Origin: a virus
Lineage: Duplodnaviria; Heunggongvirae; Uroviricota; Caudoviricetes
Direction: 5' to 3' (one strand)
Virus record (IMG/VR): IMGVR_UViG_3300042889_001305
Length of the DNA stretch: 64,000 nt
In this document: positions 1-8,708 of the stretch, in pieces
How positions within the stretch are numbered: position 1 is the stretch's first letter
Layout: every line of letters starts with the position of its first letter
The notes under the pieces: generated by a model
The model's input: only the letters and a program-made list of their open reading frames with translations
What the model was told of the DNA's origin: nothing
Databases searched by the model: none
Position numbers and translations under genes: made by a program

Positions 1-254
1 TTTTCATCAGATGCGTTTAGTATCATAAAATCACAATTGATTGAATTAACAATCAACTTTGCAAGAGTGGTTTTACCTGTTCCCGCTTTACCAAATAAAA
101 GTAAATGTGGGACATCTCCACTTTCAATATAATCGCGAATCTTTTGTTTTAAATGGTCATTGCCAACATAATCCTCTAATTTCTTAGGACGATATTTTTC
201 AACCCAAAGTGTGTTGGGGGTTTCTTCTTTTATATTTTCTTCGAAAAATGCCAT
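1..254 (-). CDS. Clamp loader AAA+ ATPase subunit (RFC small subunit / T4 gp44-like). Partial: the C-terminus lies beyond the window start.
   Basis: Reverse complement of 1-254 reads MAFFEENIKEETPNTLWVEKYRPKKLEDYVGNDHLKQKIRDYIESGDVPHLLLFGKAGTGKTTLAKLIVNSINCDFMILNASDE. It has the RFC box (WVEKYRP) and a Walker A (GKAGTGKTT). The ATG sits at 252-254. The ORF track omits it because it is truncated. Confidence 0.85.
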   Translation of the reverse strand, partial: MAFFEENIKEETPNTLWVEKYRPKKLEDYVGNDHLKQKIRDYIESGDVPHLLLFGKAGTGKTTLAKLIVNSINCDFMILNASDE

Positions 255-255
255 A

Positions 256-843
256 TTATTTATTTTGTGTTGTATCCGTATTATATTTTGCTAATTCCTC
301 AGGTGTTGCAAATGGTTCAGGAGGTTGTTCAGACCAAAATTGTTGCTCCAATTCAGGTGTCCAACCACCATCATCAATTGCACCAAAGAAATCATTTTCT
401 AATTCCTCTAATGATTCGCCTAATGATTTGTTTATATTTTGTATAGTTGGAGAATTTGGGCCGTGTTCCGGTTTCCATGTTGAATTAGTATAACTCATTG
501 TACTCCCACTTGGATACCCATATGCAGTTGCTGATGGAGTTGATGTTACAAATTGTGGTGTTGCGTATGTAATAGAACTTTGACCAGGTGTTGTTGTTAT
601 TGTTCCAGATGAACCACTACCACAATTTATTTGATATGGGTTATATGGGTTATATGGTTGGATAAATGGTAATGTTTGTATTGGTGCAGTATTAGGAACT
701 CCAAACGGAAATCCTATTGGTTCTTCATCCTTAACCTCTACCAATTTATCTTTTAACGCATCCCATTGTTTTGGAGTTGGTGCGTATTCGTGGCAGGCTT
801 CTACAAAACCTTTAAGCCATATAACGTATTCTTTCGATGTCAT
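256..843 (-). CDS. Hypothetical protein with a low-complexity P/N/Y/S/T-rich middle region
   Basis: 195 aa ORF with an ATG start. Its stop overlaps the clamp loader start. I see no recognisable motif. Confidence 0.45.
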   Translation of the reverse strand: MTSKEYVIWLKGFVEACHEYAPTPKQWDALKDKLVEVKDEEPIGFPFGVPNTAPIQTLPFIQPYNPYNPYQINCGSGSSGTITTTPGQSSITYATPQFVTSTPSATAYGYPSGSTMSYTNSTWKPEHGPNSPTIQNINKSLGESLEELENDFFGAIDDGGWTPELEQQFWSEQPPEPFATPEELAKYNTDTTQNK

Positions 844-864
844 TATGTATAAATATTATTTGTT

Positions 865-2217
865 TTATTTCTTAATAAGGATAAACTCTCTAAAATAATT
901 CATTTCATTATAAATCCAATCTAAAATTAATTTCTTATTATGTTTAATTTTAGGTAAATTTTCTAAATAAATTCTTTTAGCATCTTCCAGTGATATATTC
1001 CCTAATGCTTCAATTACATAATCCATTTGTTTAATCGGGTCTTCAGTTTCTAAAAATAAAGGATTGATTCCCAATTCTTTTATAAAGGTATGGCCTCCCA
1101 ATTTCTCAAATTCTCTATAAAATTTATTTGAACCTACTGAAATATATAATTTTTCAAAGAATAATCCATGATATGTTTTTTCAGACCAAAAATCAAATAA
1201 TTTATTAAATAGTATATGAGTTTCACCCACCACTTCAATATAACTTTTGTTGTAATCTTTATTGACAATATTTTCAGTTGAATATTCAAATCGTTTATGC
1301 TCTCCTAATGGGTCGTAAATCTTATCGTAGTGTGATATTGGTTTATAAAAATCACTATTCCAATACTTGTATACTTCGGATTTGATTAAATTAGTTCCAT
1401 CAGTATTTGGATTTTTAGTTCTTACCATTTCTGAATATTCTTTGAAAAAGAACTTATTCATAGTTACATATCCCTTATCAATCAACCCATTTTCTATAAT
1501 GTTATTAATAAAATATAATCTATGATAACGTGGTTTACCACCCAACATTCCAAATACTTTTTCCCTATCTTTAATTGGTTCTACCAATCTATGTAACCAA
1601 TCGTAAAACGTTTCTTCACCATTTAGGATTTGTTGCCAGTTATTTGGTGATACCTCAAATGCAAGAATATCATAAATGTAATTCCAAAGTGAATTGAATG
1701 TATTTACCTTAGTATTTTTCAATCCTTCAAATAATGGATAATCAGCCATTTTGATATAATCAAAATCGTAATCATTAATACATCCCACATAGTGGTCTGC
1801 TTCATAATCACAAGGTTCAAAATATGATAATCCAAACGCTATTCTACAATTACGTTCCTTATATACTTTTTCAAGTTGTTTTACAAACCCAATACCAAAC
1901 ACTCTAAATAGTTTAACCCATACCCCTACAAATTGCCATCTATCTAAAATGAAAGTTGCATTTTCAGGTGGGTTAATAAAAATGGAATCTTGATTAGTAG
2001 CAAAGAAATTATGATTTGTAATTTCCTGACCTCTATCATCGCGTGTCATCCACACAATATTATTTTCATCGAAATCACTAAATAACTTAATCTGAAATTC
2101 CTCACCTTCATGCGTAAGATTGAGTACTTTATACTCCGGTGTTAGTTCTAATTGTTTAAATTTAGATTTACCGAATAAGGAAAATAATTGAGGTTCTCTT
2201 GATACTATATTAATCAT
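865..2217 (-). CDS. Hypothetical protein (450 aa)
   Basis: Long ORF with an ATG start, packed between the SPPY paralog P1 and the 195 aa gene. I see no recognisable motif. Confidence 0.5.
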   Translation of the reverse strand: MINIVSREPQLFSLFGKSKFKQLELTPEYKVLNLTHEGEEFQIKLFSDFDENNIVWMTRDDRGQEITNHNFFATNQDSIFINPPENATFILDRWQFVGVWVKLFRVFGIGFVKQLEKVYKERNCRIAFGLSYFEPCDYEADHYVGCINDYDFDYIKMADYPLFEGLKNTKVNTFNSLWNYIYDILAFEVSPNNWQQILNGEETFYDWLHRLVEPIKDREKVFGMLGGKPRYHRLYFINNIIENGLIDKGYVTMNKFFFKEYSEMVRTKNPNTDGTNLIKSEVYKYWNSDFYKPISHYDKIYDPLGEHKRFEYSTENIVNKDYNKSYIEVVGETHILFNKLFDFWSEKTYHGLFFEKLYISVGSNKFYREFEKLGGHTFIKELGINPLFLETEDPIKQMDYVIEALGNISLEDAKRIYLENLPKIKHNKKLILDWIYNEMNYFREFILIKK

Positions 2218-2219
2218 AA

Positions 2220-3854
2220 TTATGGTTTGTAAAATACAAAAATGGGTTCAAACTTATACGCTTTACCATCGTGTTTAACTGCGTTTTTAATACCGGTTTT
2301 AGATGGGTCTAATCCTACCATTCGGGTCATTAACATCTTCAATCTACCTTTATACTCACAACCTAATCCGGTTAGAATATCAATAGAATCTTGTTCCAAT
2401 GCATAATAGGTATCCTTACCAATTTTAATATCGGCTATGTTCCATAGAATGTATCTATCATTTTTAAGATAATCATAAATGGTAGTTAGAGTAGGACGTA
2501 AGAAGTTTTGTCTCCAATCCTCATATTCACCATATGCTTTGAATGATTGATTCTCATCTTGTGAATATTGTTCTCTATTAAAATATGGGGGTGATGTGAA
2601 TGCTAAATCCAATTTACCTGCATACTTTTGAAACTTAGGATTATGTTGAATCAACTCCGAGCCATCTTGAAATAACTCATAAGTGTTTGATTGTTTTTGA
2701 ACCTCAAAGAACTTACCAAATGTTTCTGAGTAATCATCTACACAATTTTTGTTATAGAAATCAGCCACATACTCATAACGTGAAATACCTAATTCCGGTA
2801 TAAAGTTATCAGGGTTCGGGTCAGTTCCAATGTAATGGGTTTTCTTACGAGAACTCATTGCACCTAATATTCTGCCACCCCATCCACTTGATGAATCATA
2901 AATGTGTAGGGGGTCTGATTGTTCAATATGTGAAGTGTAATGTTCGTATAACCACTTAGCAGTTAGTGCAGGGAAATTCACTGCAGGTTGACCACAACTT
3001 AAACGAAACACTTGTAATATCTTTGGAAAGATACCAATTGTCTTATCATACCAACGAATCAGATAGAAAAACTTTTTAACCGTCCCATCTTTTAAAGTGG
3101 TAGATGGTTCAATCGTTTTAATATTAGATAATTGAGTATGTGATAACCATCCCTTATCCTTACATTCTTGTACTTGTTCAGCAGTTAGGTATAGATTACC
3201 AAATCCAATATATTGTTCATTGATAGTACCATAATTATCTAAGGTATCCTCCTTTACTTTCGCAAGAACAATACCTATGTTTTCGTACTTACCAACGAAC
3301 ACTTTACCTTCATGTACTTTTTGTATAAATTCAATTCCAGTTTCACCATCCCAAAATTCATTCTCATCTTTCTTATTCACAATAGAACGTGACCACGAAT
3401 ACATAGAATCTTTCTTAACCGCCCTCTTCATTATATGAACGAAGGTATCTTCTAATTTCGGGTCTGAGAAATGGTCATAAATAGATAATCCACCTTCTGC
3501 TGATTTACCGATTGATATTTTGGTTTTCAACATAGTTGGAAAGAATTGATTTACGGCTGATGCATCTTTATTGAAGTTTTGTAAAATACCCAATGAGTTA
3601 TCATCTCCCGTCAAATCTTTTTGAAGGAAATCACAATCATTTGTTTTTAACTTTTTGAATGAATCGATTATATCATTCTTATCTTTTCCGATAACAGGAG
3701 GAACACCATCGGTATCCCATTGTTTAGTTACTTCTATGCGTAGTAACTTTGCCCAACTAATAAACTCATCATCAGTCATTTCTAATAACCGATGATAAGT
3801 TGTATTGGATTGGAATTCAGAAAATTTAGACCTTTCGTAATAGTGTTTACTCAT
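2220..3854 (-). CDS. SAM-dependent amino-methyltransferase-like protein (SPPY motif), paralog P1. About 300 aa of unknown N-terminal domain.
   Basis: Motif I-like YDSSSGWGGRILGA precedes motif IV DLAFTSPPYFNREQY, the gamma-type order of N6A/N4C methyltransferases. The C-terminus is similar to the products of 11339-12559 and 12564-13796. Confidence 0.6.
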   Translation of the reverse strand: MSKHYYERSKFSEFQSNTTYHRLLEMTDDEFISWAKLLRIEVTKQWDTDGVPPVIGKDKNDIIDSFKKLKTNDCDFLQKDLTGDDNSLGILQNFNKDASAVNQFFPTMLKTKISIGKSAEGGLSIYDHFSDPKLEDTFVHIMKRAVKKDSMYSWSRSIVNKKDENEFWDGETGIEFIQKVHEGKVFVGKYENIGIVLAKVKEDTLDNYGTINEQYIGFGNLYLTAEQVQECKDKGWLSHTQLSNIKTIEPSTTLKDGTVKKFFYLIRWYDKTIGIFPKILQVFRLSCGQPAVNFPALTAKWLYEHYTSHIEQSDPLHIYDSSSGWGGRILGAMSSRKKTHYIGTDPNPDNFIPELGISRYEYVADFYNKNCVDDYSETFGKFFEVQKQSNTYELFQDGSELIQHNPKFQKYAGKLDLAFTSPPYFNREQYSQDENQSFKAYGEYEDWRQNFLRPTLTTIYDYLKNDRYILWNIADIKIGKDTYYALEQDSIDILTGLGCEYKGRLKMLMTRMVGLDPSKTGIKNAVKHDGKAYKFEPIFVFYKP

Positions 3855-3857
3855 ATC

Positions 3858-4571
3858 TTAGTTAGCGATTTCCACTAAATAGTAATCGGATGTATAGGCA
3901 TCTACTTCAAAATGAATGTGAGATAATCCTTGTGATGAAATTTCTAAGATAGCATCTTTAGCTTCTTTGTTTGCAACTAAGATTTCCTTTAAGTAAGTTG
4001 CTGAGAATGAGATTGGGTTAATACTACCTTCACACTCACAATCAACATCAATAGAAATTCTATTAGTGTTAATGTTTGAATGACCTAAGATAATTTGACA
4101 CTTACCATCTTTTGCAACAAATGTGAAATTGTTCTCATCTGTCAACGCCGATTTAGCACGGATGAACTTTGTAATAAAGTTTTCGTCTAACTTAATTTTA
4201 ATGTTGAAAGTTGGTAATTGTTTCAAATCAGGTACATTTGGGATAACCGAAAGGTCAGCCAACATATAATTGATTGAAGTTGAACCATCTTTAAACTTTA
4301 ATGATACCGCTTTACCATCTACATCAGAAATTTCAAAATCAATTGATTCTCCTAATACTGATAACATTTTAGTCAACTTAGATGTATCATATACACCAAA
4401 TGTTGTATCACTATAACCAAAATCTGTCATTGTTACTTTACCCAATACTGATTTGTCATCAGAAATGAATGCAGTTGTTAATGAGTTGTCTTTTGTTTCC
4501 CACTTTACAGATTCTACTAAACCTGCAAGATTGTACTTTTGTACGAAACGACCTAATTTACCTTTTTCCAT
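3858..4571 (-). CDS. Sliding clamp (T4 gp45-like), putative
   Basis: 237 aa (T4 gp45 is 228 aa). It lies immediately downstream of the DNA polymerase on the same strand, in the same operon region as the clamp loader. A host-type promoter sits upstream. I have no motif-level proof. Confidence 0.5.
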   Translation of the reverse strand: MEKGKLGRFVQKYNLAGLVESVKWETKDNSLTTAFISDDKSVLGKVTMTDFGYSDTTFGVYDTSKLTKMLSVLGESIDFEISDVDGKAVSLKFKDGSTSINYMLADLSVIPNVPDLKQLPTFNIKIKLDENFITKFIRAKSALTDENNFTFVAKDGKCQIILGHSNINTNRISIDVDCECEGSINPISFSATYLKEILVANKEAKDAILEISSQGLSHIHFEVDAYTSDYYLVEIAN

Positions 4572-4605
4572 GTTGTTTTTTTTTATTGTTTTAATTTATT
4601 GTAAG

Positions 4606-4638
4606 TGTAAAGATACGAATAATTTTTGAATTATCCAA
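4606..4638 (-). promoter_or_regulatory. Host-type promoter (TTTG-N20-TATCTTTAC) upstream of the sliding clamp gene
   Basis: The reverse complement reads TTTGGATAATTCAAAAATTATTCGTATCTTTAC. The spacer contains the palindrome ATAATT-N4-AATTAT. Confidence 0.5.
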
Positions 4639-4645
4639 ATTTATT

Positions 4646-7153
4646 TTAAAAAGAAAAGAATTTTTCTGCATTTTTTTGTTCACTCATTACTTCACCCCAA
4701 CCTAAGGCGTTATAGAAATCTTGTAACTTACCTTTTAATTCCGCTTCGAAGATTCGATTATGGTCGGTATAAGTTGTAATGAAATCAACTATTTCTTGTG
4801 GGTCATCATATCCTGTGAATCCCAATCCATCAATTCCTAATGGATTATTTTTAAGATAGACCCATTTGATTTTATCACCATCTTTCATTGGTGAATATTT
4901 GAATGGGGCTTTAAAGTGGGTTAAACAATCATTATATAGAATTGCTGCTTTAACGTGAGCAGGTGCACCTTTTTCCATATGGAATAATTGTCTTTTCTTT
5001 GGTGAATATTTTGAAAGGTTTTTAACTGCTGAGTTCTTTGCAATTTCATGTATCGGTCTACTTACCATACTCTTTTTAAACGCAAGAACAAATGCTGTTA
5101 ATTCCTCTTCAGTTTTACCTTTTAAGATATCTATTAGAACCGTCCCCATACAATCTTGAAACGCCTTAGGGAATGATGACCTTCTAACATCCAATCCCTT
5201 TACATCCAATCTATCTACGGCAACACCATTGTTTGAAATAATCCATTGTGCGTATCTCTTTTTTGCAATCCAAATACCTGCCCTAGCAACGTATTCCTTT
5301 TTAATTTCTAATCGGTGATTTTGAACATTGAAAAACTTATCTGAAAGAATATCATAAAACTTATTTAGATAATCTTGCATTTCACCTGCGATTCCATCTA
5401 CCAATACTGCAACTTCACTATCTGGCATTTCCTTCCAATTTGGATGACGGAAATCTAAAAGTGGTACTGCAGAAAAAAATACTGAATCCGTATCAATGTA
5501 AATGTTAGAATCCACATCAGTAGTACCTAACTCTTTATTGTATTTGATGTTTCCCATATTCGCAGAGTTCTTAATAACCGTCTGACCCGTAGTCGTAACT
5601 GCCTCCGCATTATCAACATCATAAAACCGAAAGGCAGGAAGACCAAGCACACCATAAAGAGAGTTAAGTAGAATTTTTTGAACCAACTGTCTTTTGCCGT
5701 AAAAGGCATATTTTTCTTTATTACCCTCCTGGCCGTACTTCTTTTCCAACTTTCTAAACTCCACCCTTTCATTGAACCAAATATCTAAAATTTCAGGAAT
5801 ACATCCTATTTTATCTTTACGATATAACACACCATTTGATGATATTGTTAAATCTGCCTCTTTAATATACTTTTCTAAATTATCACGTGAGATTTTATTA
5901 TCACCCATTTGATAGTAATCAACCTCCCTCTTCATATATTTCTGAACATCCCAATCTGCAATTTTAGCAACTTTGGTTTCAGGAGAAATGTTGATTGTCA
6001 TGATGATTGATGGATATAGAGATGTTAAATCCAAATCATATACCCAATCATACTTACCCACAATCGGGTCTTTTACATACGCACCGATAAACTTTTCTTG
6101 TTCATTATCTCTCAATGCCTGCATCATTTCCTTACGGTCTGATGGTTTATTCGGAGCAACTAATCCCTTACGTTTAAGGAAACATAACAATGCACCCTCT
6201 AAATACTTAGATGAATAAACGAAGTCCTCATAGGGAACGTGTCCTGCGTGGCAGATACCTCTACATAAATCAATGAATTGTAATTTCTTATCCAACTCCA
6301 CAACAATCTCAACATCGACTAAGTTATACTCAATGAACTTTTCAATGTCTTCATTAAATAAATCATCCAATGAACCTTGATATTCAATCTTACCCTTACC
6401 TAATTCAATCGTACCAATGGTATCTAATCGATAGTTAGGTAATTCGTTGTAGTTAAATTTCTTATAGAGTGATAGGTAATCCAAACAACTTACTCCTGCA
6501 AAGAACCATCTTTGACGATATGGAGAATAAAATGCTTGACCAATAGGTGATAACCTCTTTGCTTGAGATTCACCTAAGATGCGTTTCATTCGGTTGAATA
6601 GATACGGAATATCAAAATTATCAATGTTCCAACCAGTTAAAATATCCGGTGCAATACCTTCATAAAGTTCTAAGAACTTCATACACATATCCCTTTCATC
6701 TCTGAATGGTAGAATGATTGCCTTATCGGTTTTTCGTTCCACCATCTTACCTTTCTTATCCATAATCAATACCCAATATTGATTGGTGATATTATCTTGT
6801 AGACCAATAGCGGTAAGTTCGTTTTCAGCTTTTTCGGTATCAGGTAATCCACTTTCCATTTCCACCTCAATATCAAATGTCATTGTTACGATGGTATCTG
6901 ATGGAATATCGGAATCGGTATAAGTATCGACTAAAACACGTGTTGTTTCGGGTACATCCGATTCAAATAAATTTGGGTCATCCCCTTTGAATTTATAAAT
7001 CTTAGTTAATTTATCACCATAAATAGAACGGGCTTCACCTCTCTCTGCTCTTTCGTATGCGTATCTGGTGTATGGGAAGGTTCGGTAACCTAAATGAGAA
7101 TCCCAAAGGTGAATGAGATTTCGTTCCCTTTGATAATATATGTTTTTGTACAA
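4646..7153 (-). CDS. Family B DNA polymerase (T4 gp43-like)
   Basis: DLTSLYPSII (motif A, DxxSLYPS) and YIDTDSVFF (motif C, YGDTDS) are present. It also has exonuclease-like N-terminal blocks. 835 aa. The apparent start codon is TTG (7151-7153) with no in-frame ATG nearby. Confidence 0.9.
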   Translation of the reverse strand: MYKNIYYQRERNLIHLWDSHLGYRTFPYTRYAYERAERGEARSIYGDKLTKIYKFKGDDPNLFESDVPETTRVLVDTYTDSDIPSDTIVTMTFDIEVEMESGLPDTEKAENELTAIGLQDNITNQYWVLIMDKKGKMVERKTDKAIILPFRDERDMCMKFLELYEGIAPDILTGWNIDNFDIPYLFNRMKRILGESQAKRLSPIGQAFYSPYRQRWFFAGVSCLDYLSLYKKFNYNELPNYRLDTIGTIELGKGKIEYQGSLDDLFNEDIEKFIEYNLVDVEIVVELDKKLQFIDLCRGICHAGHVPYEDFVYSSKYLEGALLCFLKRKGLVAPNKPSDRKEMMQALRDNEQEKFIGAYVKDPIVGKYDWVYDLDLTSLYPSIIMTINISPETKVAKIADWDVQKYMKREVDYYQMGDNKISRDNLEKYIKEADLTISSNGVLYRKDKIGCIPEILDIWFNERVEFRKLEKKYGQEGNKEKYAFYGKRQLVQKILLNSLYGVLGLPAFRFYDVDNAEAVTTTGQTVIKNSANMGNIKYNKELGTTDVDSNIYIDTDSVFFSAVPLLDFRHPNWKEMPDSEVAVLVDGIAGEMQDYLNKFYDILSDKFFNVQNHRLEIKKEYVARAGIWIAKKRYAQWIISNNGVAVDRLDVKGLDVRRSSFPKAFQDCMGTVLIDILKGKTEEELTAFVLAFKKSMVSRPIHEIAKNSAVKNLSKYSPKKRQLFHMEKGAPAHVKAAILYNDCLTHFKAPFKYSPMKDGDKIKWVYLKNNPLGIDGLGFTGYDDPQEIVDFITTYTDHNRIFEAELKGKLQDFYNALGWGEVMSEQKNAEKFFSF

Positions 7154-7180
7154 ATCTGTAACTTTTTATGTGTAATTTTA

Positions 7181-7546
7181 TTATTTTATTGATTCATTAA
7201 ATCTTCTTCTCTCTTCCATTGATTTCCAATTCACACCATCAATCAAATCATCAATGGTATCAAATGATGGAGAATTTATCAGACCACCACCCATTAACAT
7301 AACAATCTTACCAGATGAGGATTTTTTAATACTACCGGTAGATATTACTTGCCAAAAGTTTCTTTTACCTTTATATTCATCAGGAACGATAAAATCAATA
7401 ATATTACCTTTACCTTTGATTATATTTAACTTTTCAGTCTTACTAATTTTTTCCAAAGATTTATTAGCAGGGATTCCTTCAGCTCCTTTAAATTGTTTTC
7501 CGCCGAATTCGGTAATTAGATTCTTTAACTTTATCATATTGGACAT
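7181..7546 (-). CDS. Hypothetical protein
   Basis: The track ORF starts at a TTG (7594). I prefer the in-frame ATG at 7544-7546 (MSNMIKLKN...), which is preceded by AAGGA. No recognisable motif. Confidence 0.4.
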   Translation of the reverse strand: MSNMIKLKNLITEFGGKQFKGAEGIPANKSLEKISKTEKLNIIKGKGNIIDFIVPDEYKGKRNFWQVISTGSIKKSSSGKIVMLMGGGLINSPSFDTIDDLIDGVNWKSMEERRRFNESIK

Positions 7547-7613
7547 CCTTGTTATTTGTTTATAAATATAAAATAAATTGGATTTAACACCCAATTTTAC
7601 ATTTTTGTTTTAA

Positions 7614-7856
7614 TTATAGTTTTTTTAATGGAACTAATTTACCATCAACTATTTTATGAGGTATCCCATCTTTAATTACAAATGGTGGTTTTTTATTTAT
7701 ATCAATTCCTTGATTAAGTAACTCTTGTTTTATTTGTTTTTTACGCAGTTCTTCCTCTCTACGATTGAACCATTTTTCAGCTTTTAAACTACCTTCTTTT
7801 GGTAAAGATATCTTATGTGGTTTAAATGAACTCTTCTTTTTTATATCACCTGCCAT
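7614..7856 (-). CDS. Hypothetical basic protein (80 aa)
   Basis: ATG start. Lys/Arg-rich. It sits in the operon between the PLP enzyme and the polymerase. Confidence 0.4.
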   Translation of the reverse strand: MAGDIKKKSSFKPHKISLPKEGSLKAEKWFNRREEELRKKQIKQELLNQGIDINKKPPFVIKDGIPHKIVDGKLVPLKKL

Positions 7857-7868
7857 TATTTTATTTTT

Positions 7869-8708
7869 TTAAAATTTGTAAATTCCACCAATATTCCAGA
7901 ATAGAATAGTTCCTTCGATTTGGTCTATGTTTTCTTCTAACCACTTCCATTGCTTTACATCCCAAAATTGGTTGCAAGGGAATGGGGTTTCGTAACCATC
8001 TAATCTATTCTCAAATAGATACTCTGATTTTCGTATATTTAGGGGAATTGGAATCCCACTCTTTTTAAGTGTTTTATTGATTGAACTAACCGATGATACA
8101 CATGTTGTCCAAATCTTCTTTTTAACTTGTGGAAAAAACTCTTTAAGTTCCTCTCTATAATATCCTCTTGCTAATCCTGCAAGAGTTACACCACTACCAG
8201 ATGATACTACTAAATTATCAAAATGGGCAAGGGGTTGAATTCTATCTGCAAGATAATCTTTATAGAAATCGTGGTCAAAAGCGTAAGGTAACATTTGCCA
8301 TCCCCTTTCTCTTGCATCTTTCTTTAACGAATTATACATAATCTGCATCATATTAGGTCTAATTGGATATAGGTTTGTTTTAGGATGCATTTCCTTAATC
8401 ATTCTCAAATATTCCTGTGATATCTTTTTAGAATCAGGGTGTGCTGCATAAAATTCAATTCCCAATTCCTCACATATTGCACTCAATGCCCATGCTGTCC
8501 AACTACCATCTACGGAAAGGTGAACCAGTGGTTTTGATTTATCAATATATTTTTTAACCAATTCAAATAATGCTGCTAATTTACCCCACGGCGGTAATAT
8601 CATACCATCGCCCATCAAGTCATCCCTCTTTACCCATACTTCTCTACCCTTAATGTGATAAAGTTCTAATGGGGTATCTTCGGTTAATCCTTTTAGTTTT
8701 AAATCCAT
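7869..8708 (-). CDS. PLP-dependent enzyme, fold type II (ACC deaminase / D-cysteine desulfhydrase family), shortened
   Basis: TPLELYHIKGREVWVKRDDLMGDGMILPPWGKLAALFEL parallels E. coli DcyD TPLEYL..GREIFIKRDD......GNKLRKLEFL, placing the PLP lysine in WGK. The glycine loop VVSSGSGVTLAGLA parallels VVASGSAGTHAGLA. It is 279 aa against about 330 for the family. Confidence 0.7.
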   Translation of the reverse strand: MDLKLKGLTEDTPLELYHIKGREVWVKRDDLMGDGMILPPWGKLAALFELVKKYIDKSKPLVHLSVDGSWTAWALSAICEELGIEFYAAHPDSKKISQEYLRMIKEMHPKTNLYPIRPNMMQIMYNSLKKDARERGWQMLPYAFDHDFYKDYLADRIQPLAHFDNLVVSSGSGVTLAGLARGYYREELKEFFPQVKKKIWTTCVSSVSSINKTLKKSGIPIPLNIRKSEYLFENRLDGYETPFPCNQFWDVKQWKWLEENIDQIEGTILFWNIGGIYKF

